Source of the DNA: an uncultured Acidiferrobacteraceae bacterium
GTDB lineage: Bacteria > Pseudomonadota > Gammaproteobacteria > Acidiferrobacterales > Sulfurifustaceae
Length of the DNA stretch: 64,000 bases
Assembly: GCA_964629975.1 (NCBI GenBank)
Contig: CAZVUN010000001.1
Span: 10,846-74,845 of the forward strand
Direction: 5' to 3'
Part shown: positions 17,587-26,269 of the stretch, piece by piece
How positions within the stretch are numbered: the first letter of the stretch is position 1
How the letters are laid out: every line of letters begins with the position of its first letter
Translations under genes and position numbers: made by a program
The notes under the pieces: generated by a model
What the model was told of the DNA's origin: nothing
Seen by the model: the letters and a program-made list of their open reading frames with translations, nothing else
Databases searched by the model: none

Positions 17587-19374
17587 ATGTGCGGGATCTG
17601 TGGCGAATTGAGATTTGACGGGGCGGCGCCCGACCTCGCAGCGATCGGCCGGATGACCGCGGCGCTCGCGCGCCGCGGCCCGGATCACGAAGGCGCGCAT
17701 GCCGACGGGCCGCTCGCCTTCGGCCACCGGCGCCTCGCGGTCATCGATCTGTCGGAGTCATCCGACCAGCCGATGGTCGACGGTGAGCTCAAGCTCGCCA
17801 TCGTCTTCAACGGCACCATTTACAATTACCGCGAGCTGCGCAGCGAACTGGCCGGGCTCGGCTACCACTTCTTCTCGCACGGCGACACCGAGGTCATCCT
17901 CAAGGCCTACCACGCCTGGGGCGAGGACTGCGTGGCGCGCTTCAACGGCATGTTCGCCTTCGCCGTCTGGGACGCGCACCAGCACGCGCTGTTCCTGGCG
18001 CGTGACCGCAGCGGCATCAAACCGCTGTACTACACGGCCGACGGCGCGCGCCTGCGCTTCGCTTCGACGCTGCCGGCATTGCTCGCCGGCGGCGCCGTCG
18101 ACACCTCGATCGACCCGGTGGCGCTGCACCACCAGCTCACGCTGCACGCGGTGGTGCCGGCGCCGCGCACCCTGCTCGCCGGCGTGCGCAAGCTCGCGCC
18201 GGCAACCACGCTGCGCGTCGACCACCACGGCCGGCGTCACGAGCGGCGCTACTGGACACTGCGGGCGCAGCGTCCGACGCCGGCGCGCAGCGAGCGCGAC
18301 TGGATCGAGGCAACCGACGCGGCGCTGACCCGCGCCGTCGAGCGTCAGTACCGGACCGCCGACACGCCGGTCGGCGTGCTGCTGTCGGGCGGGCTCGATT
18401 CGAGCCTGCTGGTCGGCGTGCTCGATCGGCTCGGGGCGCGCGACATCCCGACGTTCTCCATCGGCTTCGAGGCACTGAGTGAGGAAGCCGCGGATGAGTT
18501 CGAATACTCGGATGCCGTGGCGCAGCGCTTCCACACCCGCCACCGGCGCTATCGCCTGTCGAACAGCGAGATCCTGCGCCATCTCGAGGCCGCGGTGGCG
18601 GTCATGTCCGAGCCAATGGTGAGCCAGGACGTGGTCGCCTGGTACCTGCTGGCCGAGCGCGTCAAGAAGGACGTCAAGGTGGTGCTGTGCGGGCAGGGGG
18701 CCGACGAGGTGTTCGGCGGTTACTACTGGTATGCGCGCATGCACGCCGATTCGGGCTCTGATCTCGAGCGGCTGCGCCGGCACTATTTCGACCGCTCGCA
18801 TGAAGACTTCTTGCAGCTGGTCGCGCCGGCGCTGCGCGGCGCCGATCACACCGCTGCGCTCATCGAGGCGCTGCTGGCTGAACCCGGCGCCGATACGTTT
18901 TTGGACCGCGTCCTGCGTCTCGATGTCACGACGCTGATCGTCGATGATCCGGTCAAGCGCGTCGACAACATGACCATGGCCTTCGGGCTCGAGGCGCGCG
19001 TGCCATTCCTCGATCACGAGCTGATCGAACTCGCGATGCAGATGCCGCCCGAGCTCAAGCTCAAGAGCGACGGCAAGTATCCGCTCAAGGCGCTGGCGCG
19101 CGGGCTCCTGCCGGACAGCGTCATCGACCGGCCCAAGGGCTACTTCCCCATTCCGGCGCTCAAGTACATCCGCGGCCCGTTCCTCGACTTTATGCGCGCC
19201 ATCCTGACGAGTGACGCCTGCCGGCGGCGCGGCGTGTTCAATCCCGCCTACCTCGACCGCCTGCTGGCCGACCCGGACCGCGAACCGCTGACGCCGATCG
19301 GCGGCAGCACCTTGCGGCACCTGGCACTGCTCGAGCTGTGGCTGCAGCGCGTGGTGGACCCGCATCGCCAATGA
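17587..19374 (+). CDS. glutamine-hydrolysing asparagine synthase family amidotransferase (AsnO-like)
   Basis: N-terminal MCGI nucleophile, Ntn amidotransferase domain, and SGGLDSS PP-loop in the C-terminal synthetase domain; 595 aa. Confidence 0.9.
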   Translation: MCGICGELRFDGAAPDLAAIGRMTAALARRGPDHEGAHADGPLAFGHRRLAVIDLSESSDQPMVDGELKLAIVFNGTIYNYRELRSELAGLGYHFFSHGDTEVILKAYHAWGEDCVARFNGMFAFAVWDAHQHALFLARDRSGIKPLYYTADGARLRFASTLPALLAGGAVDTSIDPVALHHQLTLHAVVPAPRTLLAGVRKLAPATTLRVDHHGRRHERRYWTLRAQRPTPARSERDWIEATDAALTRAVERQYRTADTPVGVLLSGGLDSSLLVGVLDRLGARDIPTFSIGFEALSEEAADEFEYSDAVAQRFHTRHRRYRLSNSEILRHLEAAVAVMSEPMVSQDVVAWYLLAERVKKDVKVVLCGQGADEVFGGYYWYARMHADSGSDLERLRRHYFDRSHEDFLQLVAPALRGADHTAALIEALLAEPGADTFLDRVLRLDVTTLIVDDPVKRVDNMTMAFGLEARVPFLDHELIELAMQMPPELKLKSDGKYPLKALARGLLPDSVIDRPKGYFPIPALKYIRGPFLDFMRAILTSDACRRRGVFNPAYLDRLLADPDREPLTPIGGSTLRHLALLELWLQRVVDPHRQ

Positions 19375-19474
19375 TGTCGCGGCGCTTCGTGCGGCCACGC
19401 GGTCTGGGGCATCCCGATCGGCGCAGGCGGCAATATTCCCCGTTTGCACTGGGGGAAATCGATAGTTGAGCAAA

Positions 19475-19492
19475 ATACTCTGATATACTCTG
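19475..19492. repeat. direct repeat ATACTCTG-AT-ATACTCTG upstream of dsrC
   Basis: Two exact 8-mers with 10-bp period, 53-70 nt upstream of ATG 19545. The repeat contains the -10-like hexamer TATACT. Confidence 0.6.
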
Positions 19493-19544
19493 CGCCATCC
19501 TGCCAACGTGGTAGCAGGCAATTTCGAGCGGAGGAAATTTCTCA

Positions 19545-19853
19545 ATGACGACGGCAACGGCAATCGAGCTCAAGGTGGACGGCGAGGGCTTCCTCGTCAA
19601 CCGGGATGACTGGAACGAGGACATTGCGCGCGAGCTCGCACGCCGCGATGGCGTGGAGATCGACGACAAGATCATGCACTACATCAATGAAGCGCGCAGC
19701 ATGTACGACAACGACGGCGTGGTGCCGCCGATTCGCATCTTCGCCAAGGCGCAGGGCACGACCACCAAGGAGCTGTACGACGTATTCAAGAAAGGGCCGA
19801 TGAAGCTCATCTGCAAGTGGGGCGGGCTGCCGAAGCCAACCGGCTGCGTGTAG
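19545..19853 (+). CDS. dsrC: DsrC/TusE family sulfur-relay protein with both C-terminal cysteines
   Basis: C-terminus KLICKWGGLPKPTGCV has two Cys spaced by 10 residues with the penultimate Cys, as in bona fide DsrC. RBS GGAGGAAA. Confidence 0.85.
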   Translation: MTTATAIELKVDGEGFLVNRDDWNEDIARELARRDGVEIDDKIMHYINEARSMYDNDGVVPPIRIFAKAQGTTTKELYDVFKKGPMKLICKWGGLPKPTGCV

Positions 19854-19868
19854 GCACAAACGGATCCT

Positions 19869-19898
19869 CGCGTAGGCGCTCGGCGCAGCGCCTACGCG
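19869..19898. terminator. bidirectional hairpin between convergent dsrC and glcG-like genes
   Basis: CGCGTAGGCGCT-cggcgc-AGCGCCTACGCG, a perfect 12-bp stem. The right arm overlaps the glcG-like stop codon. Confidence 0.55.
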
Positions 19899-20308
19899 AT
19901 GGCCGCCACGGCGGCCTGCGCCACCTGCCCATCCTGTGGCGAGGTGACGCCGCTCACACCCACCGCGCCGACGATCGTGCCCTGCACCACGATCGGCACG
20001 CCGCCCTCTGCCGGCAGCACGCCCGGCAAACCCAGCACCGCCTGACGCCCAGCGGCCAGCACCTCGTCCCACGCCTTGGTGGGGCGTTTGAAGGCCACGG
20101 CCGCGCGCGCCTTGGCGATCGCGATCTCGACACTGCCGAACTGCGCCTCATCGAGCCGCTCGAGCGCGACGAGATGGCCACCGTCGTCGACCACGGCGAT
20201 GACCACCGGCCAGCCCTGCTTCAGCGCCTCCGCCTTGGCGGCATCGAGCGCGGTGCGTGCGGCCGCGAGCGTGAGCGCGGGTTTTGTCGACAGCAGTGTC
20301 TCGGGCAT
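19892..20308 (-). CDS. GlcG/HbpS-like (DUF336) haem-binding family protein
   Basis: 138 aa. VVDDGGHLVALERLD, AIAKARAAVAFKRPT and GGVPIVVQGTIVGAVGVSG are typical of DUF336. Confidence 0.8.
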   Translation of the reverse strand: MPETLLSTKPALTLAAARTALDAAKAEALKQGWPVVIAVVDDGGHLVALERLDEAQFGSVEIAIAKARAAVAFKRPTKAWDEVLAAGRQAVLGLPGVLPAEGGVPIVVQGTIVGAVGVSGVTSPQDGQVAQAAVAAIA

Positions 20309-20386
20309 GACCAGGCTCCTACTCGACGTATCCGATGCGCGTCATCATACTAGTGGCCCCGCCACCGACCAACGCACGCCGCGCCG

Positions 20387-20890
20387 ATGCGATTTTTCAG
20401 CCGCTGGTTCACCCCGACGCCGCCGAGCGCGACCGCCGCTGCGCAACTGCGTGCCGAGGCGGGGCGCTTCGCGGTGGCGGCGTTCGCGCACCTCGACCGC
20501 GTGCGCATTGAGCGCGAGGTGCGCCAGCAGAAGCTGGTGCTCGCCTTCTTTTTTGGCGCGATCGATGAGCTCGCGCGCCTGCGTGACCTTGACGAGGCGC
20601 AGGCGCTGGCCGCCGGCGTCATGTTTCTCAACGACTACTTCCCGGCCTCGACCCCCGAGCTCGGCAGCATCACGGAGCTGCGCCAAGAGTATGCGCAGGC
20701 ACTGCAGGCCAGAAACCTGATGCGCGAGGGTGCGGAGGCCATCAAACGCTGGCGCGCGGGCGACGGCGACGCCGCCAAGTGGCTGGCACAGTCGCTCGCC
20801 TTCGACGAGGGGAACGAGTCGAGGGCCGCGCGCCACGACTCCCGGGACGGAGGAGGTAGAGCGAAGCAGGATGCCAGAGCCGACGGATGA
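20387..20890 (+). CDS. hypothetical protein
   Basis: 167-aa ORF whose stop overlaps the next gene's ATG (ATGA at 20887). No recognisable domain. Confidence 0.4.
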   Translation: MRFFSRWFTPTPPSATAAAQLRAEAGRFAVAAFAHLDRVRIEREVRQQKLVLAFFFGAIDELARLRDLDEAQALAAGVMFLNDYFPASTPELGSITELRQEYAQALQARNLMREGAEAIKRWRAGDGDAAKWLAQSLAFDEGNESRAARHDSRDGGGRAKQDARADG

Positions 20891-21825
20891 CGCGCTCGCG
20901 GACTCGACGAACCATGACAGCGGTCATCGAGGCACGCGGCCTCCGCAAGCACTTCGATGACTATGCCGCGGTGCGCGGCATCGACCTGACCGTGCCGGCC
21001 GGGCGCTGCTTTGGCGTGCTCGGCCCCAATGGCGCCGGCAAGACCACCACGCTGCGCATGCTGCTCGGCGTCTCCCCGCCGAGCGCCGGCAGCCTCACGG
21101 TGTTTGGGATGCCGATTCAAGCCAGCGGCCGGCAGATCCGCGCGCGCATGGGTGTGGTGCCGCAGATGGACAATCTCGATCCGGACTTCACCGTGGTCGA
21201 GAACCTGCGCGTCTATGGCCACTACTTCGGCATCGCCCCGGCGGCACTCGAGGCGCGCATCGATGCGCTGCTCGCGTTCGTCAATCTCGCCGACCGCGCG
21301 GCTGCGCGCATCGGCACGCTGTCGGGCGGCATGAAGCGGCGCCTGACCATCGCGCGCGCGCTCATCAACGATCCGGAGCTGGTGGTGCTGGATGAACCGA
21401 CCACCGGCCTTGATCCGCAGGCACGCCACATGATCTGGGGCAAGCTGCGCGAGTTGCGCACGGCCGGCAAGACACTGCTGCTCACGACGCATTACATGGA
21501 AGAGGCGGAGCGCCTGTGCGATGAGGTCGTGATCATGGACCGCGGCACGATCCTGGCGCAGGGATCGCCGGCCGCGCTGATCCGCGCGCACGTCGAACCC
21601 GAGGTACTGGAGGTGCGCGGCGAACCGGCGCGCGTGCGTGCGCTGTTCAACGACACGCCGGCCGGGCGTCTCGAGGCGGTCGGCGATACCTGCTACCTGT
21701 ACACCCAGGACGCGCGCGGTGCGGTCGCGCAACTCGAGAATGCGCCGGGGCTCACCTTCCTGCACCGCCCGGCCAATCTCGAAGACGTGTTCCTCAAGCT
21801 CACCGGCCGGGACCTGCGCGACTGA
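20887..21825 (+). CDS. ABC transporter ATP-binding protein (NodI-like, ABC-2 exporter)
   Basis: Walker A GPNGAGKTT, signature LSGGMKRRL, Walker B LVVLDEPTTGLD. Alternative start ATG 20914. Confidence 0.9.
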   Translation: MTRSRTRRTMTAVIEARGLRKHFDDYAAVRGIDLTVPAGRCFGVLGPNGAGKTTTLRMLLGVSPPSAGSLTVFGMPIQASGRQIRARMGVVPQMDNLDPDFTVVENLRVYGHYFGIAPAALEARIDALLAFVNLADRAAARIGTLSGGMKRRLTIARALINDPELVVLDEPTTGLDPQARHMIWGKLRELRTAGKTLLLTTHYMEEAERLCDEVVIMDRGTILAQGSPAALIRAHVEPEVLEVRGEPARVRALFNDTPAGRLEAVGDTCYLYTQDARGAVAQLENAPGLTFLHRPANLEDVFLKLTGRDLRD

Positions 21826-22607
21826 TGCGTCTCACCGATTTCATTCCGCGCATGCACCACGCGGCCGGCGCCGTGTGGCGGCGCAATGCGCTGGTGTGGC
21901 GCAAGATGCTCGCGCCCAGCATGTTCATCAATTTCGGCGAACCGTTTCTGTACCTGCTCGGACTCGGCTACGGGCTCGGCCTGTTTATCGGCGAGATGGC
22001 CGACATGCCCTACCTCACGTTCCTTGCCTCCGGCATCCTCGCCTCCTCGGCCATGAATACCGCGAGCTTCGAGGCGATGTATTCGGTGTTCACGCGCATG
22101 GTGCCGCAGCGCACCTACGACGCGATCCTCGCCACCCCGCTCGAGGTGCAGGACATCCTCGCCGGCGAGTGGCTGTGGTCCGCGACTAAGAGCCTGATCT
22201 CGAGCAGCGCGATCCTCGCGGTCGCGGCGCTGCTCGGCGCGGTGCACGACTGGCAGGCGCTGTGGGTGCTGCCGGTGCTGTTCCTGACCGGCCTCACCTT
22301 CGCCGGTCTGGGGCTGATCATGACCGCGCTCGCCCGCGGCTACGACTTCTTCAACTATTACATGACGCTGGTGCTGACGCCGCTGTTCATCCTGTCGGGG
22401 GTGTTCTACCCGGTAAGCTCACTGCCGGCGCCTCTGCAGACCGTGGTGCAGTTCCTGCCGCTTGCCCACGCCGTCGATCTCGTGCGCCCGCTCGTTGCGG
22501 GCCAGCCGGTCACCAACGTCACTTTGCACCTGGCGGTGCTCGCGGCCTACGCGGTCGCCGGCTTCCTGATCGCCGCCGCGCTCATCCGGCGGCGACTGCT
22601 CGTATAG
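21825..22607 (+). CDS. ABC-2 type transporter permease (NodJ-like)
   Basis: Start overlaps the ATPase stop. Six predicted hydrophobic segments and an ABC-2 permease-like N-terminus (WRRNALVWRKMLAPS). Confidence 0.85.
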   Translation: MRLTDFIPRMHHAAGAVWRRNALVWRKMLAPSMFINFGEPFLYLLGLGYGLGLFIGEMADMPYLTFLASGILASSAMNTASFEAMYSVFTRMVPQRTYDAILATPLEVQDILAGEWLWSATKSLISSSAILAVAALLGAVHDWQALWVLPVLFLTGLTFAGLGLIMTALARGYDFFNYYMTLVLTPLFILSGVFYPVSSLPAPLQTVVQFLPLAHAVDLVRPLVAGQPVTNVTLHLAVLAAYAVAGFLIAAALIRRRLLV

Positions 22608-22632
22608 AAGCAGCGCGGCACCATCCGGTTCG

Positions 22633-22856
22633 ATGCCCTACCGCGACGTGCAGGAGCTTCCGCCTTCGGTGGGCCCGGCTCTGCCCGGCGGCCCCACGCG
22701 CAGGAGATCTACCTCGCCGCGTTCAACAACGCCTGGCGCGAGTACGCCGGGCGCGACGACGTGGAGAGCCTCGCCCACCGGGTCGCCTGGGCGGCGGTCA
22801 AGCGCGTGTACGTCAAGCGCGGGGACACCTGGGTTCGCAGGATCGCCGCCGATTGA
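22633..22856 (+). pseudogene. chaB: ChaB-family gene with a single-base frameshift in a C-run
   Basis: MPYRDVQELPPSVGPALPGGP is in frame 1. HAQEIYLAAFNNAWREY...HRVAWAAVKRVYVKRGDTWV continues in the -1 frame up to TGA 22854-22856. The junction is the CCCC run at 22692-22695. Confidence 0.7.
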
Positions 22857-22879
22857 CGTCGGCCGGCACCGGCGCACGC

Positions 22880-23215
22880 TCAGCGCGGCGTACGTTCCTG
22901 CTCGAGCGCGGCAATCTGGTCGAGGATGCCGGAGAAACGCCGCCCGAAATCGGTGAGCCGATATTCGACCCGCGGCGGGATCTCGGGATAAGAGGTCTTC
23001 TCGAGAATGCCAAAGCGCACCAGCTTGCGCAGGCGTTCGTTCAGGACCTTGGCGGTGAGCCCCTCGACCGCATGCTCCATCGCGCCGGGACGGTTCACCC
23101 CGCGCCGAACGAGATCAAGCACGGTGAGCGACCACTTGCAGCCCACGATGTCTTCCACCATGCGCGGCACGCTGGCCGGGCTGCTCACAGAAATTTTTCC
23201 CTGTAGCGGCTTCAT
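22880..23215 (-). CDS. HxlR-family winged-helix transcriptional regulator
   Basis: IVGCKWSLTVLDLV...GLTAKVLNERLRKLVRFGILEK...PPRVEYRLTDFG is the HxlR/DUF24 signature. Confidence 0.85.
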   Translation of the reverse strand: MKPLQGKISVSSPASVPRMVEDIVGCKWSLTVLDLVRRGVNRPGAMEHAVEGLTAKVLNERLRKLVRFGILEKTSYPEIPPRVEYRLTDFGRRFSGILDQIAALEQERTPR

Positions 23216-23317
23216 TTTCTACCGAAAAGTTCCCACGTCACCGCTTGGTGCCTGCTTACGCGCGGCACGGCATCTTCGCTAGATTCGCGCCGGTCATCAC
23301 TCATCAAGGAGCATGTC

Positions 23318-23800
23318 ATGAGAAAACGCGCATTGACCCTGGCCCTCGGGTTGCTGGCCGCCGGCCCGCTGCTTGCCGATAATGCAACGAACGTCCCCTA
23401 CCCTCAAGGCTACCGCGACTGGCACCACGTCAAGTCGATGGTAATCAATCCCGGGCACCCGCTGTACGAGGCCTTCGGCGGCATCCATCACCTCTACGCC
23501 AACGCCAAGGCGATGGCCGGCTACCCGTCCGGCAAGTTCCCGGACGGGGCGGTGATCGTGTTCGATCTGCTCGAGGCAAAAAACGCCGAGAATGCCGTGA
23601 CCGAGGGCGCGCGCAAGATCGTCGGCGTCATGCACAAGGACGCCAAGAAATATGCGGCGACCGGGGGCTGGGGCTTCGAGGGGTTCAAGGGCGGCGACAA
23701 GAATGCGCGCGCAGTCGGCGGCAACGCGGCCAAGGCCTGCTTCGAGTGCCACACCCAGCAGAAGGCGGCGGACTACGTCTTCAGCCGCCTGCGCGACTGA
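23318..23800 (+). CDS. cytochrome P460 / cytochrome c-prime-beta family haem protein
   Basis: Signal peptide, a single C-terminal CFECH haem site, and WHHVKSMV / GIHHLYAN segments typical of the P460 fold family. Confidence 0.7.
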   Translation: MRKRALTLALGLLAAGPLLADNATNVPYPQGYRDWHHVKSMVINPGHPLYEAFGGIHHLYANAKAMAGYPSGKFPDGAVIVFDLLEAKNAENAVTEGARKIVGVMHKDAKKYAATGGWGFEGFKGGDKNARAVGGNAAKACFECHTQQKAADYVFSRLRD

Positions 23801-23944
23801 GCGCGAGCCGCCGGGACAACGCGGCCGCGGCGGGGCGCGCAGGATTTCATCGCGTTTTTCGCAGCTTAGGCGAGCGCCGCTACGCCGGACAAATCCATGG
23901 AATGATTCTCATGGAGGCCCTGCGCGGGGCGCATGGCCATGTCT

Positions 23945-23958
23945 TTGACGCCCATCAA
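23945..23958. promoter_or_regulatory. FNR box upstream of hsp20
   Basis: TTGACGCCCATCAA (one mismatch). A 21-nt gap leads to TACCAT (23980-23985). The predicted leader to ATG 24061 is about 70 nt. Confidence 0.6.
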
Positions 23959-24060
23959 AGCGCGCCGTTGGCGCGCTGATACCATGTTCGCTGTCCGGTG
24001 AGTACGCGCCGGGCCGGAAGTGCATCGCCCAGCGCGTCATTCGGACAAAGGAGGTGTCCC

Positions 24061-24525
24061 ATGACGACCCAAGTCCCCGTAAAACGTCCGCCTGAGGGCC
24101 GCGGCGAATTGATGCGTCCGTTCGATCTGTTCGAGCAGATGGAACAGTGGATGGAACGCATGATGCCGTGGCGTCCGCTGCTGCCGGAGTCGCTCGCCTG
24201 GACCGGCGCGATGCCGCAGATTGACATCGTGGACCGGGAGGCGGAGCTGCTCGTGCGTTGCGCAGTACCGGGCTTCACCAAGGACGACATCGAGGTCACC
24301 ACCACCAACGACGCCGTGACCATCCGCGGCACCCGTCGCGCCGAGACCGAGGAGAAGGGCGAGTACTATCGCAAGGAGATCCGTCGCGAGGACTTCCTGC
24401 GCACGGTCCACCTGCCGGCACTCGTCGACGACACCAAGGCCAAGGCGAGCTACAAGGACGGCGTGCTCGAGCTGGTGCTGCCCAAGGTCGAAACGGCCCG
24501 CAAGCACACCCTCAAGATCGAGTAA
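24061..24525 (+). CDS. Hsp20/alpha-crystallin family small heat-shock protein
   Basis: Alpha-crystallin domain (IDIVDREAELLVRCAVPGFTKDDIEV...ASYKDGVLELVLPK). AAGGAGG precedes ATG 24061. Confidence 0.9.
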   Translation: MTTQVPVKRPPEGRGELMRPFDLFEQMEQWMERMMPWRPLLPESLAWTGAMPQIDIVDREAELLVRCAVPGFTKDDIEVTTTNDAVTIRGTRRAETEEKGEYYRKEIRREDFLRTVHLPALVDDTKAKASYKDGVLELVLPKVETARKHTLKIE

Positions 24526-24555
24526 GCGCGGATCGCGACGTCTTTGCCGCACGGC

Positions 24556-24588
24556 ACGCCCGGCACCCGCCGGGCGTTTTGTTTTTTT
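24556..24588 (+). terminator. rho-independent terminator after hsp20
   Basis: ACGCCCGGC-accc-GCCGGGCGT followed by TTTTGTTTTTTT. Confidence 0.85.
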
Positions 24589-24646
24589 CCGCCGCGTCCG
24601 TTGACCTGGCCCGCACTTGCGCAGCGCAGTGCGCCGCACGACACGC

Positions 24647-25522
24647 TCAGGCGAGCGCAAAGGCAAGCGCGATCGGGATAGCGATGAAGGCGCCGAGGTT
24701 GGCGATCAAGACCAGTGCTGCGACCCGTCCCGGCTCCTGCTGGTAGCGTTCGGCCACGAGGTAGTTCAGCACCGCCGGCGGCAGCGCGCCGAACACGAGC
24801 AGCAGGCTCGCCTGCAGCGGCGTGAGCTCGAGGAACGGCCGCACCGCGAGCACCATGGCCACGCCGGTGAGCGGGCAGACCACGGCCGCGAGCAGGCCGA
24901 TGCGCCATTCGCCCCAGTCGACCGTGGTGAGGCGCGCACCGAGCGAGAACAGCAGCAGCGGGATCGACGCCTGGCCGAGCAGCTCGATGGCCGCGGCGAG
25001 TGGCCGCGGCACGCTCCAGCCGGCCACGGCGAAGGCAATACCACCGAGCGTCGCCAGCACGATCGGCTGCTTGAGCACATCGAGCCAGTGCGCACGATGG
25101 TCCATGAGCCAGGTGCCGAGCGTGAAGTGCAGGCCGTTCTCCACGATGAACAGCACCACCGCCGCGGGCAGCGCCGCCTCGCCAAAGGCGAACACCGCGA
25201 GCGGCAGACCCATGTTGCCGGCGTTGGTGAAAATCATCGGCGGCACGAAGGTCTTGGCCGGCACGCGCGCCAGGCGTGCCACCGGGTAGGCCAGCAGGCC
25301 GGAGCCCAGCATCACGGCCACGGCGCCCGCGGCGAGCGCGCCGTAGGCGCCGAGGTTGAAGTCCTTGCCGGACAGCACGCTGAAGAGGAGCGCCGGCAAC
25401 AGCACGCTCATGTTGAGCTGGTTGGCCGCGGTCATGTCCGGGCGGCGGAAGCGGCCGTAGACGTAACCGACCGCGACGACCGCAAATACCGGAAAGACGA
25501 TGCCGAAGATGCGCAGCAGCAT
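24647..25522 (-). CDS. AEC (auxin efflux carrier) family transporter
   Basis: Polytopic membrane protein starting MLLRIFGIVFPVFAVVAVGY. Mem_trans-like organisation with two hydrophobic halves. Confidence 0.8.
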   Translation of the reverse strand: MLLRIFGIVFPVFAVVAVGYVYGRFRRPDMTAANQLNMSVLLPALLFSVLSGKDFNLGAYGALAAGAVAVMLGSGLLAYPVARLARVPAKTFVPPMIFTNAGNMGLPLAVFAFGEAALPAAVVLFIVENGLHFTLGTWLMDHRAHWLDVLKQPIVLATLGGIAFAVAGWSVPRPLAAAIELLGQASIPLLLFSLGARLTTVDWGEWRIGLLAAVVCPLTGVAMVLAVRPFLELTPLQASLLLVFGALPPAVLNYLVAERYQQEPGRVAALVLIANLGAFIAIPIALAFALA

Positions 25523-25572
25523 GGGACGCGGCAAGCGTACGCCAGTCGCCGCGCGCCGGCCACGGGTGCGCA

Positions 25573-25601
25573 TTGGCGCGGCCAACCTGGCTCCCTATAA
25601 T
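25573..25601 (+). promoter_or_regulatory. sigma70-type promoter for the lemA operon
   Basis: TTGGCG, a 17-nt spacer, then TATAAT, about 30 nt upstream of ATG 25632. Confidence 0.55.
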
Positions 25602-25631
25602 CGCGCCACGAATTCCGCTACGGAGAACACC

Positions 25632-26234
25632 ATGCGCAGGCTGATCTATGCCGTTTCGTTGTTGGTGGGGCTCACGACCCTGAGTGGCTGCGGCTACAAC
25701 ACGCTGCAGGCGACCGATGAGCAGATCACGGCGAGCTGGGCGGAGGTGCTCAACCAGTACCAGCGGCGTGCCGATCTGGTGCCGAACCTGGTCAAGGTCG
25801 TCGAGGGCTACGCCGCGCACGAAAAGGAGATCCTCACGCAGGTCACCGAGGCGCGCGCCAAGGTCGGCAGCATCCAGGTCACCCCCGAGCTGCTCAACGA
25901 CCCGCAGGCCTTCCAGCGCTTCCAGGCCGCGCAGGCGCAGATGACGAGCGCGCTCGCGCGCCTGCTGGCGGTGGCCGAGAACTACCCCAACCTCAAGGCC
26001 GACGCGGTGTTCCGCGACCTGCAGGCGCAGCTCGAGGGCACCGAGAACCGCATCGCGGTGGCGCGCAACCGCTACATCAAGGCGGTGCAGGAGTACAACG
26101 TCACGGTGCGCTCCTTCCCGTCGAACCTGACCGCCATGCTGTTCGGCTTCAAGGTGAAACCGAGCTTCACGGTCGAGAACGAAAAGGAGCTGGCCAAGCC
26201 GCCGAAGGTCGACTTCGGCACGGGCAAGAAGTAG
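25632..26234 (+). CDS. lemA: LemA family lipoprotein
   Basis: Lipobox LSGC followed by the LemA signature (GYNTLQATDEQITASWAEVLNQYQRRADLVPNLV). Confidence 0.9.
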   Translation: MRRLIYAVSLLVGLTTLSGCGYNTLQATDEQITASWAEVLNQYQRRADLVPNLVKVVEGYAAHEKEILTQVTEARAKVGSIQVTPELLNDPQAFQRFQAAQAQMTSALARLLAVAENYPNLKADAVFRDLQAQLEGTENRIAVARNRYIKAVQEYNVTVRSFPSNLTAMLFGFKVKPSFTVENEKELAKPPKVDFGTGKK

Positions 26235-26269
26235 CCGCCGCGCCGCCGACGCCCCGCTGACGGCCCGCC

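Noticed and set aside
17758-19563. 601-aa minus-strand ORF opposite the asparagine synthase-like gene
   Set aside because: Antisense artefact. The sense strand carries the MCGI nucleophile and the SGGLDSS motif.
19869-19898. REP element (hairpin beginning with GTAG) possibly related to the RAYT remnant
   Set aside because: I could find only one copy of this palindrome in the window. Without a repeated family it is better described as a bidirectional terminator-like hairpin.
23801-24060. Sigma32 heat-shock promoter or ROSE-type thermometer upstream of hsp20
   Set aside because: I found no CTTGAAA-N13-15-CCCCATNT arrangement and no U(U/C)GCU-containing ROSE hairpin masking the SD. Only the FNR-type box is convincing.
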